Shown here: positions 40,600-52,757 of the stretch, piece by piece
Layout: each line of letters opens with the position of its first letter
How positions within the stretch are numbered: the stretch's first letter is position 1
Assembly: GCA_002269645.1 (NCBI GenBank)
Contig: NIVC01002030.1
Span: 223,389 to 287,388 of the forward strand
DNA from: Macrostomum lignano
Taxonomy: Eukaryota
Length of the DNA: 64,000 nucleotides
Reading direction: 5' to 3'
Made by a program: the position numbers and the translations under genes
The notes under the pieces: model-generated
The model's input: only the letters and a program-made list of their open reading frames with translations
Databases searched by the model: none
Told to the model about the DNA's origin: nothing

Positions 40600-42684
40600 C
40601 TTTGATTACTTTTTGGGAACTTTGAGGAATTCTGAAAAAGTGAATCGAAATTTTATAGTATTTAATTTTTCTGCTATCAATTTCTTATTAAAGGATAGAG
40701 AAGGCTTTGTTCACATTTTTACACAACTGGCAAGAGGCATTACTGGTTATTCCACCAACACCCCTGAGTAGGCACATAAGCACAAGGATATGTATGCAGT
40801 CATATGCATAGACATTCACTCACACAGGAATGTACAGTGGCCCTAACATTATTAATCATTAAGAATGTTGTTTTTTACTTTATAATGCACTGAAGTTTGG
40901 TCTTCAAGGATATCAATTGTAAAAGTAGACCAAAGCTGAGATTCCAATTTACCCCCCAAATTAATGATTGCACTTATAATTGAGCCTAGACCACTAGGCT
41001 GGCCTATGGCTCTCTTTTATGCTACATGCTACATGCTGATATTAGTAGTCAAAGTCTTCTTAATAATTTGCAATAGCTCAAAAACTTGCTAATAAAAAAC
41101 TGAAGCATTAGAAAAAATAAACTAACAAGACTTAGAATCTGACTTAGTTAATTTTTTTAGTAAAGTGAAATGGAGAGAATTTGTATGGTATTTACTACAA
41201 AAAGGTAGAATACTGAATTTAGAAGGAAACAAAGTAGATCTTGGAGTATACATATAGAATACCAAAGGACATGACCCTCTAATCTTGAAAACACCTAGGA
41301 CTATAAGAGATATACATATATATGCAATACATATACTAATAACAATAATATACTGCTTAGGCCTAAAATGTTAATTAGTATAGAATAAGAATGTTACTAG
41401 TATATAAAAAGAACACTACCAATAAGAAATAAAGAATATACTTGTGGCATTTGAGCCATGGACATTATGAACTTTTCCTGTTTTCTATATGCACTTTCTC
41501 CCCTTGACTGAATCACTGTGTCTGTCTGGTTCTTCATCTATCTCTGTCTGTCTATCTGTGTGTGACTTACCCTATTGTCTATTTCTCCATTGTCTATGTG
41601 CATTCCACTGCCTTCCTTCTACAAAGCTTAGGATGTATCTACCCCAAATATACTGCCATAAATATGCTTCCCACTTTGCTTGGGAAGGGCACCTTTTTTC
41701 CAATATCTTTCTGCATACTGAATTCAGCAGAGCAAACTATTTTGTGCGATAAGCTAGCCTTTGCCTTTCAAAGTTATTAATAATAATTAGACTAATACTT
41801 GGACTTATATACTTAGACTAATACTTAGACCTATTTTAAGACTTATGCTCAAAGGTTAATTATAGTCTACTACAACCTTGATCATGGTACAATTTTGACA
41901 AAAAGAGTCCTTTAACATCAGTGAAATCAATAAAACCTCTATTATAATTTGGTCATTGCAATTAAAATTTAGAGAGAAATTAACCACAGGGACAAGTAAA
42001 ACACCCAGGATGTAAAATGCACCAAATCATAATGAAAAAAGTTAGGGGCTTGTTTAAGTCTATATGGAGGATATCAGGCAGCAAGGCGCTTGGCCCCAAC
42101 AAAGTCATAGTCAAAACAGTGCCTCTTAGTCCTAGGTCCCAGGCATTATAAAGTGCATGCTTGCTATAAAATTATATATTCCTTAGCTGCCAAGATAGGT
42201 ATGTGTTAGTCTAGTTATTAATATTATATTGATACTAATATTATTTAACTAAGGATAAGAATAAAATGATATTTAATGATATAACTATGCCCAACCAAAC
42301 AAAGGTTTAAATACAATGACTAATTTACTAAAATAGAAGCATTGGCAAATGCCCATCCCATAGTATGCTCACTTAATAAAAATATTATTGTTATTAGCTA
42401 GTCTATTATAAACTTTAAGATAGGCCTAGGGTATAGGGCCTAAGTCTAGGCTAGGCCTGTAATAGCCATATCTAGGTTTTACAACTTGTAAATAAGCTTA
42501 TTTTATGAAGTATGAATATTTAAGACTTAGCTAGGGCTAGGCACTAGGGCTGGGATTTTTTCTAGAAATTTCAGAATAGAAAAATTGGGCTTCTTAAAGT
42601 TTATGTTGATAAAATACTTCCTCACAAAGAATCTCCCCACCCTAAAACCCCCCATTCCCCATGCCCCGATGGTTGGCTTTAATA

Positions 42685-42981
42685 TAATAATTAATAATTG
42701 ATTACACCTGGCCAATGGGCAGATGTGCAACCGACAGCTCAGCCGCAGCTATTGCGCGGCGCATCTGAAGGCTGCGTACGGCTGTTCAGTCCAAGGACTG
42801 GGGGGTCGCCACACACACCCTCAATTACCCCAGCTAATGCTGGTACCCATTTTACAGCTGGGTAAACTGAAGCAACGCAGAGTTAAGTGTCTTGCTCAAG
42901 GACACAAATTGTTGCAGAGGGATCAGGAATCGAACCCCCGACCTTCAAGTCGTGAGTCCGACGCCCTAACCACTAGGCTAC
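42685..42981 (-). mobile_element. tRNA-derived CORE-like SINE, copy 1 (5' end displaced to 45706-45720 by the MULE insertion)
   Basis: Minus strand: A box tagtggttagg, B box ggttcgattcc, then gtgtccttgagcaagacacttaac...cagtttacccagctgtaaatggg, which resembles the MIR/CORE domain. Homologous to 55273-55490. Confidence 0.85.
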
Positions 42982-43402
42982 GGATCCTAGTCATTTCGTC
43001 AACTGCCATTTCGTCAACTGGACACATCGTCAACCCGTTCCCCATATTGGTCGTTTCGTCAACCAACCAATAGGATACTTTCAAAGCTTGGTTATTTCGT
43101 CAACTGTTCAATGGGACGATGTCAACTTTTGGTCACTTCGTCAACTGCCAATAATACACGCCCCGCATGCAGCCCTCCTCCTTTCTCATTCTGTGCTTGG
43201 GACCAGACAATGGCGGAGTTACTGCCACAAAGATGCAGTTTGTATGGTAAAAAAAGGAAAATGCATTGCACAAAATCACAAAGATCACAAAGGCCACCAC
43301 AAAGGTCACAATCAAATATAAAGCTGAAGATATGCGCAGAGTGTACAGTACACTTATCCACTTCTACACTGTATACACTAATACCTATATACACTTTAGG
43401 TA

Positions 43403-43406
43403 CTAG

Positions 43407-43445
<39 letters not shown>

Positions 43446-44709
43446 TGTTGCCGCTGTCTGTACGCAAACTGGGGAACGTGGCCGAGGCGCGAGCACCGGA
43501 GCAGGAATGCACGGATTGACAACTCACCAGTGCGGTACTGCGCCCAGTACCGCTCCACACTCGTCTGCAGACGCTCGTACCGTGCTCTGTGCTGGCGCTC
43601 CTGAGCACCCTGGTTCACCAGCGCGGCATGCACTGGCACAAGCTTGGCCTCCATGTGCAGCAGGTGCAGGAGTGGGTAGAGTGTCAACTGCACTCTCTCG
43701 GCCCGCTGCTTGAGTCTCCGGTGCCAGCCCTCGACCTCGTTGTTGGTACGTATTGACTGGCAGTACACACTGACTTCGTGGACTCCGTGGACCGGGTTCG
43801 ACAGCCAGGTTGCGCTCACGTACTCGGCCAGGTCCAGCAGCAGCGGCGCGTGCACACCAGCAACGATCTGCGCCAGACCCTCGCCCATGTGCTCGGCCGG
43901 CAGGTAGGGGAGCGCCATGAGCATGCGAGCGAAGTCGCGGGTGCCAGGATCTGTCAGATAGGCCTGCTGCAGGCCCAGGTGCTGCAAGCGACGAAATATC
44001 GCCTGCGCGAAGTGAAACAGGCAGCCCTGGAACCTTGCAGCCGGAAACACGGACCGTAAAGCCTGCCATGCCGCAGCTTCGAAGTCCATGACACAGACCT
44101 CCGGCGTCGAGTTGCCCAGTGACGGCTTTTGCTTCTTGGTGCCATTGCGAACAATGACGAATTCCTCTAGATCGTTGGCCTCATCAATTTCTGGGAGCAC
44201 CTGAGGCTCCAGACCTTCCATCGAGACTTCAGTGAGACGGACCGGCTCTTGGAAGGGCCCTGCGAGGAAGAAACGTGTTTTTTAATTTTTTTAAGAGCAG
44301 TTCCTAGGGTACTAACCATAATGTCTATAATATTTATTTAAAATTGTTGTCAATTATTTTATTGTAATTAGCCTGTCTTATTAGAAAAGATATGTTATAG
44401 CATATGTTATTAAATATAGAATTTCTCACCTGCTTCGGCAGCATACATTTCGGCCAGTAGACCTGCTGCGTCTTCTGCCTCCGCCGCAGGCTCCACCGCA
44501 GGCTCCGCCGCAGGCTCCACCGCTGGTCTTGCCTGACAAGTGGCACACGACCATACAAACACGTCCTGCCGCATAAGCTGCCTGTACTCTGCTTGTGAGA
44601 TTCTAGTCCCACAAGTTCGATGTTGCCACTTTTGGCATGAATCGCACTGTATGGCCTGTTGACGTGGCCGCACAGTCTCTGAGCACTGAATACACTTATC
44701 AGTATCCAT
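43403..44709 (-). CDS. PHD-finger plus C-terminal half of a MULE transposase, 2 exons, about 378 aa
   Basis: Exon 1 44709-44430 (G|GTGAGA): C4HC3 finger. Exon 2 44259-43403 (tttcttcctcgcag|): MDFEAAAWQALRSVFP...QGCLFHFAQAI and RTNNEVEGWHRRL. The phase-1 join is in frame. Confidence 0.85.
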
Positions 44710-44944
44710 CCAAAGATGTAAAAATTGAGTGGCCCTCCTGAAACCCTACTCCATTATATAGTGTTTGAGGAGGTTGCAGTGTCAGGTTTAAAGTATTTTG
44801 GATTGGTTTGGCTGGTGGGGTTGTTGAGACATGATAGTTGGGGATAAGACCTGGTGCCAATTCGCACCTCACAAGAACTGCCTACCTGCCTATACCCCTC
44901 CCCTCCGACACCACCCACGTTTTGATTGAAACCAAGACCAAGAT

Positions 44945-45300
44945 AGGGTGCACGAGCTAGGGCGCACATTGACAGCTTGGGGGGGGAGTGGGTGCGAAGA
45001 TGGATTGAGAGAACAGGTGTCAACGCGAGAGGCACTGGTTCAAGTAAAAGAGACAGGGCGCACATTGACAGCTTGGGGGGGGGGGGGTGGGTGCGAGGAT
45101 GGATTGAGAGAACAGGTGTCAACGCAAGGGGCGCTGGTTCAAGTTACAGAGACAGTTACAGAGACAGAGACGTTGTCAGTTTGGGGGGTGGGTGCAAAGA
45201 TGGATTGAGAGAACAGGTGTCAGCGCAAGGGGCGCTGGTTCAAGTTACAGAGACAGGGCACGTTGACAGTTTGGGGGTGGGTGCGAAGATGGATTGAGAG
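44945..45300. repeat. Internal about 85-100-bp direct repeats within the MULE, upstream of its ORF
   Basis: gatggattgagaga(acaggtgtca) and ggttcaagt recur three to four times. Confidence 0.8.
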
Positions 45301-48300
45301 ATTAAGTCAGTTGGTTCATCGGTGGTTCTTTTTGTGGTGAATTCAGAAGTAGTCGAAGAAGAAGGTGGAAAGCGTGAAAGATCAATCTTGCCTTTGTAGC
45401 GGCATGCTTGCTGCATATGTATACAAATTAATAGAGAACGTTCCGGAAAATCTGGGAGTTTCTGGGATAATACCCGATAATAACAAAGGTAATAGCGGAT
45501 ATGACATGCGTTAGTTGATGTACATGTTATGACATTTGCAAACTGTAGACGAAGTAACTAACATTCTCAGGTCATTTCGTCAACTGACTAATGAACCAAT
45601 CTAAAACCTTGGTCATTTCGTCAACTGCAAGTGAGACCACCTTAAAATGTTAGTCAATTCGTCAACCCAGTTGACGAACTAGCAGTTGACGAAATGACCA
45701 GCACCCTAGGCTACAACCCCTTATTGGCTTTAAGCTACATATAATTAGGTTAAAGCTACCAAAAAATGGAGCTCAAATTTGAAATCACTAATCAGCACCA
45801 TCAAAAACCCCTATAGAGACGGAATTATGATCCTATCAAAATTGCAACTATTTTATCAACATTAACTTCAAGAAGCCCAAAAAATCATAGAAAACTGAAA
45901 AGTTATTTTATAATTTATAATATTTAGGACAAAAAAAATTAGGCACCAACCATCAGCAATATTTTCAGCTAAAAACTTAAGTAGGACTAGATTTACCATG
46001 GCACTAGGCTAGGCCCAGGTAACACAGTCATCAGATATATTATTAAGATAGATTAAATAGTGGAAAACTAAAATCTGTTGAACAGTTTTAAAGTTTCATA
46101 TCATTAACTGTAACTTAGTCATTACAAGATCCTGAGAGATAAATGGACATGTTATCATACAATACATTAGGATTACATTCTCCATTCTCCATATCATCCA
46201 TATGCCATTCTTTCATGCATGTTTTGTAGTATAATAGGCCCTACAACTTACAAGTTTAAAGCTGCATTGCTTGCTTAACGTTGAAATATTGAACAACGAC
46301 ATCTGATGATGATGACGACAGCACCCCCTCTAAAAATCAAGTAATATACACGTTAAAAACGAAACAAATTGTTTTTGTGAATTATTTATAATTTATTAAT
46401 AGTTACTGTTTTTACTGTTTTAATACTGCTTAATGTTACTGTGTTTTGTTAATATTTTTTTTGCAAATCTCTATAGCAGTTTTAAATTGGCATTTCTTTG
46501 AAAGGAGTTTTCGTGGCTGGCTGGCTGGCTCGATCCGATCTTCTTCGACAACCAAACATGACTGACAGTGACAACTGGACAAGGCTTTGTTCGAAAGTTT
46601 AAATTATTGGTTGGTAAGGTCGGCCTTCGTGACTACTCATTCATATCTGAGATACTAAGCCATTCTGTGCTTAAGTGTATATTGATATTTTTAGTTTTGT
46701 AATTTGTGGCTTAGCCTCGCCCTCCCTAAGCCTGAGACTGAGAGCCCTAAGCTGAGTTTGAGCTCCCTCAAGAAAGGGAAGATGGGAAGTTAAGCATTAT
46801 AGTTCATCACTTATCAGTACCAGTATCAGTATCTAGCCAATATTTAGCCAAAATATGAAATTTGAAATGAAATTAAATTTAGTGGAAAATCCCTCTACCT
46901 ATCAAACTTGGTATTAAAATGCTTGCTTAAAAGATGATTTAAAATGCTTAAAAGAGAATTTTCAATTCATATTATATTATATTTATTATTATGGCCTTAC
47001 AGGAAATTATATAAGGTGCTCCAAATCTCTATAAACTAAACTGTAGCTTGCCACTAGGGGCTTTTTCATATTGCTTGTTCTGGTTACAGAACCAGAACCA
47101 ATTTGTGAAGTATAACTTTTTGTCTCCATAACTAGAGGGAGATATGTGCTATAAAGTTTTTATTATTGAATGACAATTGCCAAGAGGAAAGTGAAAAGTT
47201 GTGCTAAGTGAGGTTGTTAAGGCAGTCAAACATTCAACAGAATTAAATAGTTATACTGCTGTTTTTCTTGGAAGATCCAAACCGATTTTGATTCTGGAAT
47301 TGGTACTATGAAAAGCCTCTAGAAAAGATCTAGTGCTAGTGCAGTTTAATTGGAAAAATTATTTTTCTTTTGAATTTAGCTAAGCAAATAATTCTAACTT
47401 TATTTTCTTACTATTGGGAGTGCAAGGAACTATTATAACATGTAAAACTTTTGTTGGTTTGTTTATAACAATTATAAATGTAACTGGAAACTAGAAAAGG
47501 AGTTTGTAGCTTAGTATAGTAAGGTGGGGGCGAAGAAGAATTTTTTGGTAGTTCTTGGGTTTTTGAAATATTGGTTGACACCAGTGAGGTAGGGCGGATT
47601 CCACATTTGAATTGCCGCTGACATTGAGTTCACACAAATAAAACCGGAAAAATCGCGCAAACGAAACTCAACAGGAAAATTTTCTCCTTTTACTCCAACT
47701 GCCAGGTTCTCAAGTCCAGGGGGAGGGTAGTCGTAATCGTAGCGAAGCGGTCGTGTAGCGGCGAGGTCATTCGAATCGATGAAACATTGTAGTCGGAGAT
47801 TCCTGACTCCGTAAGATAATACGTCAAATAGCTGAGTTTGTTACTTTCAGTAGGGTAGTTGCTGCCACCACCATAATTTATGTATTATGGAACAAATAAG
47901 TCTCAGAGCTTTCTTTGAGATGAGAACTTTGGTTATTTTATGCCCCACGGGCAAATGACTTAATAAATACTATGGCCTATGTCAATAGAAATAAATTTGG
48001 TTTGGATTTAGTGTTTATTAGCTGTTATTATTTATTGGCTGAGCAGGTTTTAAAATGCTAATAATCAAATGAATTAAGTAACCATTATTTTTGACAAGTA
48101 TTGATGTCATGGGTGCCGGTGCATTGACTAAATAAGATAAAGGCTAACTGTTAGTACAAAACGCGAAAGAGAGTGACGAAACAAAGCAAGTACGAGCACG
48201 AGGGAGGAAGGGAGGGGGGAAAGAAAAAGAAACGCAAGCATGCAATAAGGCGGCCATCAGAGGCAGTATAAATATTAGGAGAAAATATTACAAGCATCAG

Positions 48301-49166
48301 ATGGGGGTGCTGCTGGATGCCCATCTGGACTAAAAGTCCTGAGAATAGAGCCCTCCGGTGGATAGGCTCGTTAACACACGAAAAATAAAAAAATATAACA
48401 AATTTTAACTTGGATTCCAGCGGGGGGAAGAAACATTTTCCAAGCAAGGGAAGAATAAACTTTAACTGGAATTTCTTGACAACGAGCGGACAATTAAAAT
48501 ATTAGTAATAGCTTTAAAGTCATTAGTGCAACGGTTAATAAATTCACTAACTGTTTTCATCAGTGGCACACAACTGCCACAATAGTTATGGATCAATTGT
48601 TGTTAATAATAATGATGGATCCAATACAGGATGTTAGCAAATGCTGCTTCTAGATCTCTATGCACACGCTACCATATAAACTCCTAAATATAGGACTCAA
48701 AGAGCTCACTATAAGTCCTCTTTAAGCTGCTAGAACTTGGCCTTGCAATGAGCTTATGTGCCTTCAATGGTGTTCATATATAGGGTTGGGTTATATGGGT
48801 CCACAAAATGTAGAATATGCTTATAAGAATACTTTTTGCTTTAGAAAAAATAGATTTAGTAAAAACTTTTTGCTATTTCCACCCCCTTGCACTTAGCAAT
48901 TATCAGACCACCCCTTTAGGCCATAGATAAGATAACTCACAAGGTAGACTTCTTTGCCACATTGCATTATCACTCAAATCATTGATTCAAATCCTTGGCA
49001 CTGGCGCGTATATTCAAATGAAAAATAATTCTATGAAATTTTGCTGACCAACGTGACAATGATGTTGAAATTTTGTTAGCATTATCAATCATTAGAACTT
49101 AGCACAAATTAAAAAAAAATAATTTTGCAAACAAAACTGCACTAGTGCCCAAGATCTCTTTAGCTA

Positions 49167-50478
49167 CAAGGGTGATCAAAAAGTTCTGTAAGTGATCTCA
49201 TAACTCAGTGTTACAGCAACTGAGGCATCTAATCATTGTTACATTCCCTCAAAGTAACTTTCCACCACCATCTATGCACTGTTGCATGTGTGTGCACCAT
49301 GACTGAAAGCATTCATGGTACTCCAAAGTTGGTATATCCTATAGAGCTAAATGTACTACAAGGTCTTGTATATGTGAAAATAGCTTCCCAAAAATGATGG
49401 ATTTGATCCTCCAGAACAGCCAAAAGTCGCAAGGTGCTAGGTCTAAAAAGTAGAGTAGATGGGGCAGCAGCTGGACCCCCTTGTTGCTCCAGGTATGCCA
49501 TGGTTGAGTCTGCTCTGTGCGATGCCGCATTGTCATGGTGCAGCAGGAGTTGAGGTCCATGCCTGGTTTGCACACATTCCTACCACTCCTGTAGCACGCC
49601 TGGTAGAACAGTGTCTGTGTAGTACCTGGCAGTCATTGTGGCACCTGCTGTAAAGATTTTCACCGATACAACACCCTAAGAATAAAAAAAATAGTGAACA
49701 TCTGCTTCTAACTGCAGAATCCGGTCTTTAGCACCTCAGGCCTTGGCTCATCTTCTGCTAGCCAGACCATTTTGGACTGCTCATCCTTCATGGCAAAGAA
49801 GGCGATCCAACATTTGTCTCCTGTGATGACATCCAACAGTCATCGTGGGCTGTGGGGCTCAAACATTTGCAGCCACAAGCAACAGATGCACACCCTCTCT
49901 GCTTGCTGCTCTAGAGTAAGAATATGGGGTACCCACCAAGCGCAGGTCTTTGTGCGGCCCAGTTGCTCAGGCATGATGTTATGAGCACTTCCATAGCTAA
50001 CACCAAGCTCATAGGCAAGGAATCTCAGCGTAATGCTCCGATCCTCATGAATTATTGCATCACCATAGGCCACAACATCTTTGGTAACGAATATCCAAGG
50101 TCGGCCAGACCTTGGTTCATTGTTGAAGCTGTCCCAGCCTTCTGAGAAATGGCGCACCCAGTGGGCAACCATTTCAAATGATGGAGCAGAGTCAGCTAAA
50201 ACATTCACTAGATCAGTATAAATCTCAATTGCTCTGCAGCCAAGTTGCATGTGCATAAAGATATAGAAGCAAACATTGTCTTTTGATGGTTCCATCAGCT
50301 AATGAAAACACATGGGAAATATATGGCTGTAAAATTTGACTAGGGCATATTTGGAAGCCAAAAATGCATATAAATATAGCAAACAGATATAGCCGCATAT
50401 GTATAAGTTTTTGGCTTTTTCTGATTCTATACCTAAAAGCTATAACAAGAGATTGCAGAACTTTTTGATTACCCCTCA
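49167..50478 (-). mobile_element. Degenerate mariner (DD34D-type) transposon, 1312 bp
   Basis: TA at 49165-66 and 50479-80. TIRs caagggtgatcaaaaagttctg and tgaggggtaatcaaaaagttctg. Remnant motifs PRSGRP, WVPHIL, ITGDK.W, LHHDNAASH, DLAPCDFWLF, split over several frames. Confidence 0.93.
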
Positions 50479-52757
50479 TACAAGTACAATCCAAAACCAA
50501 ATTTTGCTAAAAAGTGCCACCCTAAATTTTCCCATATCAATAAGCATAGTTACAATTATGTTAGATCACTACTATTTATTCATATTTAAGGTAATTGGTC
50601 ATTTTGCCCCTAAACCATTTTGGCCATAGACTATTCAGCCATGGACCATTTTTCCTCCAAGCCTGTGTCTGATCAAAATGACTTATGTGCTTTTTATATA
50701 ATTTTAGAACTTTTTGGAGTTGTGACAATAAATGACCTTTTTTGCAGTTGCAAGAATAAAGGACCTTTTTGCCATTGCAACAATTATATGCACACTACAC
50801 ATAGATGACTTAAATTGCTATAAAAATGAAGACATCATTTATCAAGACTAACATTAAAAAACAATAAGTAAAATTTGCAATGCCACCAGTGTAAGGTTTT
50901 TATTTGCAGAAGTTTTAGTATTAGGATAAACTTTTTCAAAAAGTAAACAGTTTAAATAAAACTATAGAAAATGTCTTTGTTATATCATAAAATCAATAAA
51001 TATTTGTTGAAACATATAGAACTATATATAAATCCTTAAGAAAATAAAAAAACATTTACAATAATAAGAATATTATTTCAGTTTAACAGATTTTCAATTT
51101 GGTCTTGATATATGAGCTGCACTATTGACTCTCTTGCATTGTACCACTGCACACGGCATACTAACATTGCATAGCAGCATAAAATTTGCTGTGCACACTA
51201 TGTACATGGCTATATGTGGTAGAAATGGTTCTATGCTGCAAGTGTGGCACACATATTCAAAGGCCTATCTGTGCGGGAATTTTTACCAAAAAGGGCCTCT
51301 ACAAGACTATGGGAAAAACCATAGTTTAGATTATGTCTTAGTATATGCTGGGTTCAATGCTAGAAAAAATGACAAGACCTCATTTGTAGGCTTTGAGGTT
51401 TGAGGTTGTAGGTGTGTGCACCAATATAAAAAAATTGTTATTTGACACAATGTATCTGCTGTGTCATGATGTACACTAAAAATGGTAAGACCCTTATTGT
51501 ATACTGGGAAATCCCGGCGTACATGTCACCTTCCAAACTATGGAGGAAAAACACTAAAAATGCTAAATGATTTTGCAAACAATTTGATAGCATCAATGCT
51601 GAAGTTATCAAAAACTGACAAAGAAGAATACTCTAGATATACTTGCAAATTTTAAGCAATTAGCAATTGCTTAGCAACTAGCAATTGTATAGTTATTATA
51701 AAAATAAAACATTTTCTGAAAGCAAAGAGAAATTTTTAATATTGTCTTTTGGAAATTATGAACTATATGTCATTGGCTTAGCCTTAGAATTGACTTATTG
51801 CTACAATCATTGTTATGACACAAGTGAATAATAGTTTAAAGTTGCTATAAGCGTAACTTAAGTTATATATACAATATGTGCAATATAGGTAAGGCCAATA
51901 TATGACAGAAATTTTTATCATATAGGTATACCCTTCCTTTCATAGATTGGGTGCCTAGTATTTATATTTTATTATATATTAAAGATAAAACATTAGCATT
52001 GAAAAGCTAAATATTGCTTAGTAATATGGATAGGTACATATAATCAAATCACTATTGTGGTCTAAATGCCTATAGTCAAACTGGCTTATAGGCAAAACAG
52101 TCTATGGGCAAAATGGTTTGCTGGCAAAATAGCCAGAATTCATGTTTAAGTATACCAGTATGGTAATATTTGAAAGTAATATATTTTCATATTTTTTAAT
52201 CCTAATATATTACTTCATAGATGATTAGATATTTTTATTATTTACTTTCAAGATCAAAATTATAACTAGGTGACAATATACGATTTTACATAGCAAAAAT
52301 ATGAAGACTTTATATATATACAAATACTTTAGTAAAAATTATCTATTGCTTAGCAAAACAAGGTAATAATATTCTTTTAAAGGATAATATATTTTTTTTG
52401 AAGGTATTTTATATTATATAGACAGTTTAAAGCTAAAATACCAATAGAATGATATAGTATAAGGTCAAAATGACAATGCCATTAGGGTATTATACTAAGC
52501 CCCTAAGTACAAAAATAAAATGTTTAATACTCGTTTTGTCTAATATTTTAACAATAAGACAATAGGCAAAGCTGTTAAGGCCTAATATATACTTTTGACT
52601 TATTATCCTAAAAAATGCCTTCTAATATTCCTAATCCCATAGAACCATGACTATAAAATTGTTTAATTACTTTTTTTCTGTTCATTTTCAACAAGTGGTT
52701 AACACAGCTAAAACAAAACAGGTCATTTAGATCAGCTTGTCTATCATTGCCCATAAA

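Larger units (their letters stand above)
42982..45705 (-). mobile_element. Mutator-like (MULE) DNA transposon, internally deleted, about 2.7 kb
   Basis: Imperfect TIRs: left gtcatttcgtcaactgccatttcgtcaactgg; right (reverse complement) gtcatttcgtcaactgctagttcgtcaactgg. Direct repeat ctaggctac at 42973-42981 and 45706-45714 (8-9-bp TSD). Multiple subterminal ttcgtcaac motifs. Confidence 0.9.

Noticed and set aside
48140-48165. Minus-strand TACTAAC immediately followed by AG
   Set aside because: Branch point and AG are too close, and no downstream exon is evident.
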